Below are positions 7,735-16,215 of a stretch of DNA of 32,000 nt, piece by piece; position 1 is the first letter of the stretch; the number at the start of each line of letters is the position of its first letter. Below the pieces are notes generated by a model that made no database searches, had not been told where the DNA came from, and saw only the letters and a list, made by a program, of their open reading frames with translations. Origin of the DNA: Candidatus Nanopusillus sp. GTDB lineage: Archaea; Nanobdellota; Nanobdellia; Nanobdellales; Nanobdellaceae. Both the position numbers and the translations under genes were made by a program. The stretch lies in NCBI GenBank assembly GCA_049414405.1, contig JBMSAQ010000022.1, forward strand, positions 1 to 32,000. Reading direction: 5' to 3'.

Positions 7735-8313
7735 ATTATATTTACGTAATTCCTCATTAATATAATAAAATCCAATAAATGATAATATTAATAGTAATGG
7801 AAATGTAGATCCAATTATGGATATTCTAAAGTATTTATTTATATTTTGATTCTTTAAATGAACAACAATATTATATAATTTTTTTAGTATTAAATAATTT
7901 GATACTCCAATGATTATTAGCCCAAGATATGTAATAAAAATGGATATGAGTATTCCTATATATATCATTGAAAATAAATTATTTGGATAATATTCTCCAT
8001 TTATCATTTTTTCAATTATCCTAAATATCTTCTTTAAGTATTCTATAGATAAAAAATATGAAATAATAGAAATAATAATTAATATAATTAAAATTGCTCC
8101 AGGAGTAATTAAATTAAGGGAAATATACAGTATTGATAAAGATAATGATGGGCTAAATATTAGTGTAAATGGACTCATAGTACTATTATATGTAGAAAAA
8201 AAGGATAGAATTACAAATAATAAATATGATGAAAAACCTAAAATACTAGATATGTATGTAATTTTAGAATAACTATTTAAACTATTTATGAACTCTGATA
8301 AATTTTCATTCAT
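7711..8313 (-). CDS. hypothetical integral membrane protein
   Basis: 200 aa with 5-6 hydrophobic segments and no recognised family. It converges on the DJ-1-like gene with a 24-nt overlap. Confidence 0.55.
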   Translation of the reverse strand: MNENLSEFINSLNSYSKITYISSILGFSSYLLFVILSFFSTYNSTMSPFTLIFSPSLSLSILYISLNLITPGAILIILIIISIISYFLSIEYLKKIFRIIEKMINGEYYPNNLFSMIYIGILISIFITYLGLIIIGVSNYLILKKLYNIVVHLKNQNINKYFRISIIGSTFPLLLILSFIGFYYINEELRKYNLHITNFS

Positions 8314-8343
8314 TTTATATTTTTAAACTTAAATTTTTATAAG

Positions 8344-8427
8344 CGCCGCGGGTGGGATTTGAACCCACGCCCCCTTTCGGGGATATGGTCTCGAGCCATA
8401 CCCCTTGGACCACTCGGGCACCGCGGC
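8344..8427 (-). tRNA. tRNA-Ser (anticodon CGA)
   Basis: The reverse complement reads GCCGCGGTGCCCGAGTGGTCCAAGGGGTATGGCTCGAGACCATATCCCCGAAAGGGGGCGTGGGTTCAAATCCCACCCGCGGCG. This is a class II tRNA with a long variable arm (CCCC-GAAA-GGGG). The anticodon loop CUCGAGA gives CGA and the discriminator is G. There is no intron and no encoded CCA. Confidence 0.92.
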
Positions 8428-8459
8428 ATATTTATATAATTAATTTTGATATTTGATAA

Positions 8460-9611
8460 ATGAATGAATATAAAAATATTATAAATATATATGACGTAAA
8501 TATAAAGGAAGAAAAAGATTATGAAAGATTAATAAAATTTTTTGGTGTAAAAGAACTTGATGATATTATATTGAATAGTTTAAAATATCTAACTGGAGAT
8601 TTACATGTTTTATTAAGGAGAAAATTTTTTTACGCACATAGAGATTTTGATTTATTATTAAGTAAATATATTGAAGGGAAAAGGTTTTTTCTATATACTG
8701 GAAGAGCACCTTCTAAAAGTAAGATGCATATCGGTCATTTAATCCCATTTTTATTAACTAAATGGTTTCAAGAAAAGTTTGATGTAAATGTATATATACA
8801 AATACCAGATGAAGAAAAATATTGGGAAAAGAAGGCAGATAATTATGAAGAAATAAGGCAATATGCGTTGGAAGATGCAAAAACAATAGCATCTTTAGGA
8901 TTTGACCCAGATAAAACATTCATATTTATAAACTCTGAATATATAGGAAATATGTATAAGGCTACAATTTATGTTGCAAGAGAAATAAATCTAAATACTG
9001 CAAAGTCGGTTTTTGGATTTGATGATAACACAACAATTGGTTTGCCATTTTATATTGCATTACAAATTGTTCCTACATTCTTTGAAAGAAATATTCCATT
9101 AATTCCATGTGGAATTGATCAAGATCCATACTTTAGATTACAAAGGGATATTGCAGAAAAATTTGGATATTATAAAGCCTCTACAATTTTATCAAAATTT
9201 GTATGGGGATTACAAGGTCCATATACAAAAATGAGTGCATCAGATCCAAGATCTGCTATATTCGTTGATGATGATTATGATACAATAAGATATAAAATAT
9301 TTAAATATGCATTTTCAGGTGGGAGAAGTACATTAGAAGAACATAGAAAATATGGGGGAAATCCAGATATTGATATTTCATATTTTTGGTTATTTGTATT
9401 ATTTGAAGAAGATGATTATAAATTGAAAGAAATAAGAGAGAAATATATAATAGGAGAATTAACAACGGGAGAATTGAAAGAATATACCGCTAATAAAATA
9501 TGGGAATTTTTAAGTAACATACAAGAAAGAAGAAAAAATATTAATATTAATAAGTTTATGTATGATGGAAAATTGGCTAGAGAAATGTGGGAATGGGGGT
9601 TTAGAATATAA
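8460..9611 (+). CDS. trpS: tryptophanyl-tRNA synthetase (archaeal/eukaryotic type)
   Basis: YTGRAPSKSKMHIGHLIPFLLTKWFQEKF carries the HIGH motif in the TrpRS-specific context. KMSAS is also present. Confidence 0.92.
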   Translation: MNEYKNIINIYDVNIKEEKDYERLIKFFGVKELDDIILNSLKYLTGDLHVLLRRKFFYAHRDFDLLLSKYIEGKRFFLYTGRAPSKSKMHIGHLIPFLLTKWFQEKFDVNVYIQIPDEEKYWEKKADNYEEIRQYALEDAKTIASLGFDPDKTFIFINSEYIGNMYKATIYVAREINLNTAKSVFGFDDNTTIGLPFYIALQIVPTFFERNIPLIPCGIDQDPYFRLQRDIAEKFGYYKASTILSKFVWGLQGPYTKMSASDPRSAIFVDDDYDTIRYKIFKYAFSGGRSTLEEHRKYGGNPDIDISYFWLFVLFEEDDYKLKEIREKYIIGELTTGELKEYTANKIWEFLSNIQERRKNININKFMYDGKLAREMWEWGFRI

Positions 9612-10733
9612 ATGAAAATAAAAGAAAAACCAGAAGATTTTATTGTTAAAGAAATAATTGATTTAGATAAAAAGAAAGAGGGAGAAACATTTAGATATTT
9701 TTTAATGAGAAAAAGGAATATAAATACAATAAACGCAATTAAAATAATTGCAAGGAAGCTACATATTTCAAAAAGAAAAATATATTTTGCTGGGGAAAAG
9801 GATAAAAATACAATATCAGAACAATATATTGCAATAAGGAATTTTAATGATTTTAAGGATGAATATAATTTTGGAAATGTATATCTAAAATATATAGGAT
9901 CGTATGATGAACCATTAAGGATTTCTGATATAAAATATAACTATTTTAAAATAACCATAAGAAAATTGAGTAAAGAAGAAATTAATATATTCAATAGAAA
10001 TATAGAAATATTTGATAAATATTATTTTAATTATTTTGATGATCAAAGATTTGGAAATAGAGGAAACAACCATATAATTGGGAAATACATAATTAAAAGA
10101 GACTATGAAAATGCAATAAAAACATTTTTAACAGATTATAAAAACGAAAAAAATGAAAATGCAATAAAAGCCAGAAAATTCTTATATGAAAATTGGGGTA
10201 AATTTAAAGAGGCACTGAAAACATTTCCAAATTATTTGGATGTCGAAAGATCATTATTAATTTATTTATCTAAGGAGGAAAATTATAAAAGAGCGTTAAG
10301 ATATATACCAAAGAGATTGTTAAAGATGTTTGTCCATTCATATCAATCATATTTGTGGAATAAAATATTATCTAATTATATAAAAAATAATTATGGAGAA
10401 AAATATTTTATAGAAACAAAAATTGGGAAATTTTATATAATTAAGGATAAAGAAGAAATTGAAAAATTGAAGGATATGGGATTTCCACTAGTTGGATATG
10501 ATATAAAAGATAAGAATATATATAAAGATATTTTAGATGAAGAGGAAATAAATTATGAAGAATTAAAATTTGAAGATAAATCATCTTTAACATTATTATC
10601 AACGGAAAGGAATATTTTATCAGAAGTAAAAAATTTAGAATATAATATAAATAACGATATTATAGTAATTTCTTTCATTTTGGATAAAGGATCTTTTGCT
10701 ACAATGTATATAAAACATTTGTTCTCAAAATAG
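9612..10733 (+). CDS. truD: tRNA pseudouridine synthase TruD/Pus7 family
   Basis: N-terminal KEKPEDFIVKEI and the catalytic-Asp motif NYFDDQRFG are TruD signatures. The start codon directly abuts the trpS stop. Confidence 0.88.
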   Translation: MKIKEKPEDFIVKEIIDLDKKKEGETFRYFLMRKRNINTINAIKIIARKLHISKRKIYFAGEKDKNTISEQYIAIRNFNDFKDEYNFGNVYLKYIGSYDEPLRISDIKYNYFKITIRKLSKEEINIFNRNIEIFDKYYFNYFDDQRFGNRGNNHIIGKYIIKRDYENAIKTFLTDYKNEKNENAIKARKFLYENWGKFKEALKTFPNYLDVERSLLIYLSKEENYKRALRYIPKRLLKMFVHSYQSYLWNKILSNYIKNNYGEKYFIETKIGKFYIIKDKEEIEKLKDMGFPLVGYDIKDKNIYKDILDEEEINYEELKFEDKSSLTLLSTERNILSEVKNLEYNINNDIIVISFILDKGSFATMYIKHLFSK

Positions 10734-10737
10734 AAAA

Positions 10738-11310
10738 ATGATAGAAAAAGAATATATTGAAAATTTAAAAGAAAAATTTAGAGAATTTGAAAATAAAAAA
10801 GATAAAATAATTGAACTGGGGGTAAAATTAAATAGGACATCAAAATCAATAATATATTCAGTAATAAGAGGTGATATAAAATCTGCAAATGAATATATGG
10901 TTGAAATGAATAAATATAAGGAAGAAATAGATAAGATTGTAAGAGAAGAACCAAGATTGTATAATAATGCTCAAATAAGTTATCAGGAGTATGTAGAAGC
11001 AAAAATATTCTATAATTTTATGTTAAATAATAGAATACCAAAGAATGATGAATTAAAGGTTGATGAGTATTCATATGTTATGGGATTGATGGATTTTGTT
11101 GGAGAATTATATAGAAAATCTATAGAAGAAATGTTAAAGAATAATGTAGAATTTGCCTTGAGGGCTAGAGAAATCATATATGAAATATACAAAAATATGT
11201 TGTATATGGAATTTAAAAATTATGATATAAGGAGAAAGGTAGATTATGTTGGAGATATATATAATCTATTAACAGATAAAATATTTATAAGAAAAGTTGC
11301 TAGAGAATAA
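10738..11310 (+). CDS. translin/TRAX-family (C3PO-like) protein
   Basis: All-helical 190 aa with YQEYVEAKIF (ExxE) and GLMDFVGELYR, as in archaeal translin-like (COG2178) proteins. Confidence 0.65.
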   Translation: MIEKEYIENLKEKFREFENKKDKIIELGVKLNRTSKSIIYSVIRGDIKSANEYMVEMNKYKEEIDKIVREEPRLYNNAQISYQEYVEAKIFYNFMLNNRIPKNDELKVDEYSYVMGLMDFVGELYRKSIEEMLKNNVEFALRAREIIYEIYKNMLYMEFKNYDIRRKVDYVGDIYNLLTDKIFIRKVARE

Positions 11311-12403
11311 AAGAAATATTATATAATATTAAGATTAGCAATATTATAGATATTAATAGAGTAATTTTTCTTGACCATCTTTCATTTAAAAATATCTCCA
11401 ATATAGATTTCACAGTTTTTCCTCCGTCTAGTGGATATATTGGTATCATGTTACCAATACCAAGCCCAATATTTATTACAAATAGCCAGAATAATAATGA
11501 TCCAAGGAAATCGATTCCAGGAACTTTATAATCATATTCTTGTTTAGTTACAATTCCTATGAATGGTTTACCATCTTTATCGGATAATTCAATATTAAAT
11601 AATCCTGCACTTGTGTTTAACAAAACATACTCTCCTGGTTTTGTGTTATTTAAAACTTTTTCAATTTGATTTATATATAATATTTGATTTTCGTTGATAG
11701 AATATAAAATAGTATTATTTGGAATAACATTGTATGCATGTGTGTCTGGAAGAGTATATAATATTTTTACATATGGTAATGCTAAATTAAAAATAGAAAT
11801 TAAATATGAATAAAGTAAAAATAAAAATAGGAAAATTAGCCCAGCGATTATATTTATAGCAGAACCTGCACTGTATATTTTTATCTGCTCTTTTTTGTTT
11901 AATTTTTCTATTTCTTTTTCATCGGGTTCAACAAAAGCACCAATCAAAGGTCCTAAATAGAAGAATCCCCAAGATTTTAAATTTAAGTTATTTTTATACA
12001 CCAAAATACCATGTGCAAGCTCATGTATAAATGCTGCTATAAAAATTGAAATTATTGTTTGTACTATAGGTAATGTTATTGGACCGTATGATACACCTGG
12101 CAATGCTGGAACATATGTTGGTGTTTTTGTTAAAATTCCAAAGAATAAGAAAAAAACAGCCAATATTATCAGTATAGGACCTAAGATTAATGATGATATA
12201 GACAAAACTTTTGAAAATTTTGAGCTGGACAATTTTTTCATCATTTCTAATAGTTTTCTTGTCCTAAACATTCCATAAATAAATTTGTAGTCAGTATTCT
12301 CTTTTTTAAAGATTTTTAAAAATATAAATAGTACATTAATAGCTAAGAAAATTATTAATATGCTAAGAATACTGCTATTAGATATGTATAGATTATATTC
12401 CAT
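11300..12403 (-). CDS. site-2 protease family (M50) membrane metalloprotease with PDZ-like insert
   Basis: HELAHG zinc motif lies in a TM helix. The C-terminal GNMIPIYPLDGG (NxxPxxxLDG) motif is present, and the protein has multiple TM segments. Confidence 0.85.
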   Translation of the reverse strand: MEYNLYISNSSILSILIIFLAINVLFIFLKIFKKENTDYKFIYGMFRTRKLLEMMKKLSSSKFSKVLSISSLILGPILIILAVFFLFFGILTKTPTYVPALPGVSYGPITLPIVQTIISIFIAAFIHELAHGILVYKNNLNLKSWGFFYLGPLIGAFVEPDEKEIEKLNKKEQIKIYSAGSAINIIAGLIFLFLFLLYSYLISIFNLALPYVKILYTLPDTHAYNVIPNNTILYSINENQILYINQIEKVLNNTKPGEYVLLNTSAGLFNIELSDKDGKPFIGIVTKQEYDYKVPGIDFLGSLLFWLFVINIGLGIGNMIPIYPLDGGKTVKSILEIFLNERWSRKITLLISIILLILILYNISFIL

Positions 12404-12601
12404 CTACTTAGTTGTTTTTCCTGCTACTAATGTAATCTCTGATTTCTTTGGTCTTAATGCTGTTGATTTACATTTTCTACATCCAACAAGTCCTGCTCTT
12501 ACTTTATCAGGATTTGCTCTAATCCTAGCTCCACATTTTCTACATATAAATATCCTATCAAATTTTCTTGCTTTAATCTCTGGTAATAAGTTTGATGCCA
12601 T
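12404..12601 (-). CDS. rpl40e: 50S ribosomal protein L40e (eL40)
   Basis: ICRKCGARIRANPDKVRAGLVGCRKCKSTALRPKK is the L40e zinc-ribbon pattern. The stop codon abuts the start of the M50 protease gene. Confidence 0.85.
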   Translation of the reverse strand: MASNLLPEIKARKFDRIFICRKCGARIRANPDKVRAGLVGCRKCKSTALRPKKSEITLVAGKTTK

Positions 12602-12626
12602 TATAGGAATAAATTATCAATAACAT

Positions 12627-13157
12627 TTATAATAGTTTGTATTCTGCCATATTTATATATAAAGGACCTTGAGGTCTCAATATACTCTGTTTTATATAAA
12701 ATTTATCTATCAAAATATCATCAGATATATATTTAGATAGTTTTTCAATAGACTCTTTAAATTCCTTTTTATTTATTATTTCTTTTATTCTATATATTGT
12801 AATATGTGGAGAAAATTTATAATCCCTATCGATTTTTATTTTATATAGTTGCTCATCTATCAGATTATGTAGATTAATGATATCTTCATATCCTTCTTGT
12901 ATACCAATCCAAACCACCCTTTCTCCAAATGTTCCAATATTGCCAATTTTTATACTAAATTTATTATACTTTATATTATTTAATTCTTCTTTTATTTTTT
13001 CGAATATATTTGGTTGTACATCACCAATAAATTTTAACGTTATATGAAAATTTTCTTTTTCAACTGGTTTTCCATATATACCTCTTAAGCCCTTTTTAAT
13101 TTTCTCTATTTCGTCTTTTATCCTTTCTGGCAAATCTACTGCTATAAATATCCTCAT
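12627..13157 (-). CDS. thpR: RNA 2',3'-cyclic phosphodiesterase (ThpR/LigT, 2H superfamily)
   Basis: Two HxT motifs, FHITLKF and PHITIYR, sit at the expected spacing in a 176-aa protein. Confidence 0.85.
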   Translation of the reverse strand: MRIFIAVDLPERIKDEIEKIKKGLRGIYGKPVEKENFHITLKFIGDVQPNIFEKIKEELNNIKYNKFSIKIGNIGTFGERVVWIGIQEGYEDIINLHNLIDEQLYKIKIDRDYKFSPHITIYRIKEIINKKEFKESIEKLSKYISDDILIDKFYIKQSILRPQGPLYINMAEYKLL

Positions 13158-13687
13158 AAGAGAATTATTACAAAAAACATAATATAAATCATATAAGATA
13201 AATATTCTTGTAATTTTCTATTTTCTTTATTGTTTAAAATTGGTATAGCAAATTTATAGTTTGATATAGGATAAAGTGGTGTTATTCCAGATACTGTTAA
13301 TGAATCTTCAATGATATGTAATAAAAATGCTAAAGAAAATAAATAAAATATTTTCATTATAAATAATCCCATAAGGAAAAATATTATTATTGGGAATATT
13401 GAATGTGTAAATCCTCTATGTTTAAATAATTTTAATAAAAATAAAATAAATAAGTAATATGGATATGATAAATATTTTAGAATTTTTGATTTGTTTATAT
13501 TTTCATATTGTTTATTCGCCCAATTATAAATTTTATAATCATAATCGGGTATTATACAAATAAGCCCTACCATTATTGATATAATTATTGAAGATGCTTT
13601 ATCAAAATTGAATATATAGAAAAATATAAGATATGTTATAAATGATGATAATGCTTGATGTAGTCTGATTATCATAATTCTTATCAA
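13154..13687 (-). CDS. membrane-bound metal-dependent hydrolase, YdjM/DUF457-like
   Basis: Multi-TM protein with HRGFTHS and HIIEDS motifs typical of the family. It overlaps thpR by 4 nt. Confidence 0.6.
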   Translation of the reverse strand: MIRIMIIRLHQALSSFITYLIFFYIFNFDKASSIIISIMVGLICIIPDYDYKIYNWANKQYENINKSKILKYLSYPYYLFILFLLKLFKHRGFTHSIFPIIIFFLMGLFIMKIFYLFSLAFLLHIIEDSLTVSGITPLYPISNYKFAIPILNNKENRKLQEYLSYMIYIMFFVIILL

Positions 13688-13710
13688 TACTTAAAAAATT
13701 ATTAAATTAT

Positions 13711-14073
13711 ATGGGTGATATAGATTATGATAAAATAATTAACAATTTACTAGAACTTGAAAAGTATAATGAAGTTTTATTTGGTTTTAAAAAATATTTG
13801 GATAGTATAAAAGAAGACATAAGTAAATTAAAATCTGAAATTGAAAATAACAAAGCAGAGAATAAAAAAATAGAAGATAGATTGAATTTATTGGAAGACA
13901 AATATAATAGTATTTCAAATGATATAAAGAACGTATATAGTTTATTAGATGAAATAAATAAGAAGATAACTGAAATAATCAAGAGATTGAATGAAGAATA
14001 TATAAATGAAAAAATAAATAACTATAGATATAAATTACTATTGGAAAAATTAAAGGAATTAGATGGTATATAA
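13711..14073 (+). CDS. hypothetical coiled-coil protein
   Basis: 120 aa with heptad-like Lys/Glu/Leu/Ile composition and no recognised family. It overlaps the pth start. Confidence 0.45.
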   Translation: MGDIDYDKIINNLLELEKYNEVLFGFKKYLDSIKEDISKLKSEIENNKAENKKIEDRLNLLEDKYNSISNDIKNVYSLLDEINKKITEIIKRLNEEYINEKINNYRYKLLLEKLKELDGI

Positions 14074-14416
14074 ATTAGTAGTTGTAGTTAGAAAAGATTT
14101 AGATATTGGAAAAGGAAAATTATGTGCTCAAGTAGCTCATGCTGCTGTTGAGGCAGTTTTAAATCAATTAGAAAAAGATAAAGATATAGTAAAAAAATGG
14201 AGAGATGAGGGTGCAAAGAAAATTATTGTATATGTAAAAAATTTAGATGAGTTAATGAGCATATATAATCAGTCTATATCGCTAAATTTAAATACCGTTT
14301 TGATAAGAGATGCAGGATTAACACAATTAGAACCAGGAACTATTACTTGTATAGGTATAGGCCCAGACATTAAAGAAAAGATTGATAAAGTAACTGGTTC
14401 ATTAAAATTATTATGA
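14063..14416 (+). CDS. pth2: peptidyl-tRNA hydrolase, archaeal Pth2 type
   Basis: KLVVVVRKDLDIGKGKLCAQVAHAAV and the IRDAGLTQLEPGTITCIGIGP motifs are typical of Pth2. Confidence 0.92.
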   Translation: MVYKLVVVVRKDLDIGKGKLCAQVAHAAVEAVLNQLEKDKDIVKKWRDEGAKKIIVYVKNLDELMSIYNQSISLNLNTVLIRDAGLTQLEPGTITCIGIGPDIKEKIDKVTGSLKLL

Positions 14417-14763
14417 GTGTAGAATTAAAGGATGTATGGGATGTAGAGATAAAAACATCTTTTGATGTAAATAATATACTTTATGAAAAAAAGGTTTTAA
14501 TCATAATTAAAAATCATTCACCTTATGTTAGAAAATTCGAAATAGGAACTAAATATATAAATATAGAAGATCAATATGAAGCATTAAAATTTAGAATGCA
14601 TTATAATTTAATTTCTCCGGTAGTTATATCTATAAACAAATATAGAAAGGAAATTATTGAAGTTTTAATACCAAAGATAAACCATCATTTAGGAGACAAT
14701 ATCATATTTTATGTAAAAAATCTTGATAAGAATGAAGAAAAGGAAATACAATATAATCTATAA
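14413..14763 (+). CDS. hypothetical protein
   Basis: 116-aa ORF whose start overlaps the pth2 stop by 4 nt. I recognise no family. Confidence 0.45.
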   Translation: MSVELKDVWDVEIKTSFDVNNILYEKKVLIIIKNHSPYVRKFEIGTKYINIEDQYEALKFRMHYNLISPVVISINKYRKEIIEVLIPKINHHLGDNIIFYVKNLDKNEEKEIQYNL

Positions 14764-15040
14764 AAATATAGCAAAAAGAAGAATTTTTGAATTATATAAA
14801 TTGGCTATAGAAAATATAGATAATGTTGATTTAGCTAGAAGATATATATTTATACTGTGGAAGATAAAGAATAAGGCAAGGATAAAATTACCAAAAGAAT
14901 TAAGGAATAAATTTTGTAAAAAATGTTATACTCCATGGATTGTGGGAAAAACGCTACAGATAAGGGTAAGAAAAGGTAGAATTATATATAAATGTTTATA
15001 TTGTAATGGGGTAAAAAGGTTTATAATAAGAAAGGTTTAA
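14732..15040 (+). CDS. rnp4: RNase P protein component 4 (Rpp21/Rpr2 family)
   Basis: Helical N-terminus (AKRRIFELYKLAIEN...ARRYIFILWKI) is followed by the zinc ribbon CKKCYTPW...YKCLYCNG. I placed the start at ATG 14732, because the track start at 14723 is a TTG. Confidence 0.8.
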   Translation: MKKRKYNIIYKNIAKRRIFELYKLAIENIDNVDLARRYIFILWKIKNKARIKLPKELRNKFCKKCYTPWIVGKTLQIRVRKGRIIYKCLYCNGVKRFIIRKV

Positions 15041-15044
15041 AAAA
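15036..15044 (+). promoter_or_regulatory. putative TATA box for the 5S rRNA gene
   Basis: TTTAAAAAA lies about 24-32 nt upstream of the first helix-I G of 5S and overlaps the rnp4 stop codon. In so AT-rich a genome this is weak evidence. Confidence 0.3.
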
Positions 15045-15065
15045 CATTTATTTTAAAGATAATTC

Positions 15066-15180
15066 TAGGGCGGCCAAAGTGGCCGGGAAACACCCGTACC
15101 CATTTCGAACACGGAAGTTAAGCCGGCTTACGTCCGTGCGAGTACTGGCGATGGCCGGGAAAGCACGGAAGCCGCCCGAC
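15066..15180 (+). rRNA. rrf: 5S ribosomal RNA
   Basis: GC-rich island GGGCGGCC...CACCCGTACCCATTTCGAACACGGAAGTTAAGCCGGC...GCCGCCC. Helix I pairs GGGCGGC with GCCGCCC, and the conserved loop C region is present. It is not linked to 16S or 23S in this window. The ends are good to about 3 nt. Confidence 0.93.
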
Positions 15181-15249
15181 TAAATTTATAAAAATCTTTA
15201 CGCAAATATAGAATTTTTATGGACTCGGGTCGGTTTGGAGGAATGCGGT

Positions 15250-16215
15250 ATGAGATCTAATGGATATATAAAGTTAAGTTTAGATGAGATTTTACATATA
15301 TTAGAAGAGAGGGGAGGGAATTTGAATTTTATGTTTGCAAGACAAATAGCACCATATAATATAGAAACAATATTAGCATTACTACGTATTAAAAATATAA
15401 TAGATGCATATCCAGGTAAGGTAAAAGAAGTAATTGTGGATTTTTTGCAGTGGGGGGAAGATAAGTTCTCTTTAAATAATATTGAAAAGGGAATATTTGC
15501 TGAACCTCAAATATTAGATAGTAATGGTTTAAGATATTATATAGCAGTTCAACCAAAATCTAAATTGAGAGAAGAAAAAGATATTAAAATAAAGAATATA
15601 TATTTAGATACTACTGAAATAAGAAAAATGATAGAAAAGACGGGATTAAAATATATGGAAAAATCTTTAAATCATTTAATAGATAAAGGAAAAGCAGAAT
15701 ATAGTAGAGTAAACATATTAGACTTCTGGGGATTAACAACACTATATTATATATCTGAAATATCTAGTTATATTTTTAGAATTAGTAATTATGAAATAGA
15801 GGAATTTGAAGATGAAATAAGGTTAATAAATGGTAGTAAATATCATATATATGGATACAAATTAGAATTTGAATATAAAGGAGTAAAATTGAGGTTTAGA
15901 ATATATGATATAAGTCATATCCACGAAAAGGAGATCGAAAGATATGGAAGTAAAAAGAATGGATATATAGTCTTATCATTATATTCTGGAAGTGGATATA
16001 TACTATTTGAAGAAGATCTTGAAAAATCATCAGCAGCTGAAAAAATAATAGAATTCTCTAGAAAAGCAGAAGAAAGAACAAGATATGGTATATTATTATT
16101 TGAATTAAGTGAAGAAAAATTAATAAAAAACGGAATAATTGATAAGAAAGATTATGTAAAATTTATAGGTAAAAACTATGATGTCATTATAAATACCATA
16201 ATGAAAAATATATGA
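15250..16215 (+). CDS. hypothetical protein
   Basis: I placed the start at ATG 15250, which is preceded by GGAGG (15237-15241) at an 8-nt spacing; the track start at 15235 is a TTG. I recognise no family. The stop overlaps the next start (ATGA). Confidence 0.6.
   Translation: MRSNGYIKLSLDEILHILEERGGNLNFMFARQIAPYNIETILALLRIKNIIDAYPGKVKEVIVDFLQWGEDKFSLNNIEKGIFAEPQILDSNGLRYYIAVQPKSKLREEKDIKIKNIYLDTTEIRKMIEKTGLKYMEKSLNHLIDKGKAEYSRVNILDFWGLTTLYYISEISSYIFRISNYEIEEFEDEIRLINGSKYHIYGYKLEFEYKGVKLRFRIYDISHIHEKEIERYGSKKNGYIVLSLYSGSGYILFEEDLEKSSAAEKIIEFSRKAEERTRYGILLFELSEEKLIKNGIIDKKDYVKFIGKNYDVIINTIMKNI

Noticed and set aside
9904-9928. AUGAUGA followed 14 nt later by CUGA on the plus strand inside truD. 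This looks like half of a C/D sRNA.
   Set aside because: No C' or D partner boxes follow, the spacing is off, and it lies wholly within a conserved coding region. Chance occurrence is likely in AT-rich sequence.
13652-13681. AUGAUGA ... CUGA on the plus strand, overlapping the 5' end of the YdjM-like gene.
   Set aside because: The spacing is 16 nt, there is no second box pair, and it is antisense to coding sequence. It is not a credible sRNA.
15219-15249. A GC-richer stretch (GGACTCGGGTCGGTTTGGAGGAATGCGGT) just downstream of 5S rRNA, considered as a possible extra small RNA or a 13-codon upstream ORF.
   Set aside because: It is too short and has no evident stem structure. It contains a GGAGG correctly spaced before ATG 15250, so a ribosome-binding site or 5' leader of the next gene is the simpler explanation.
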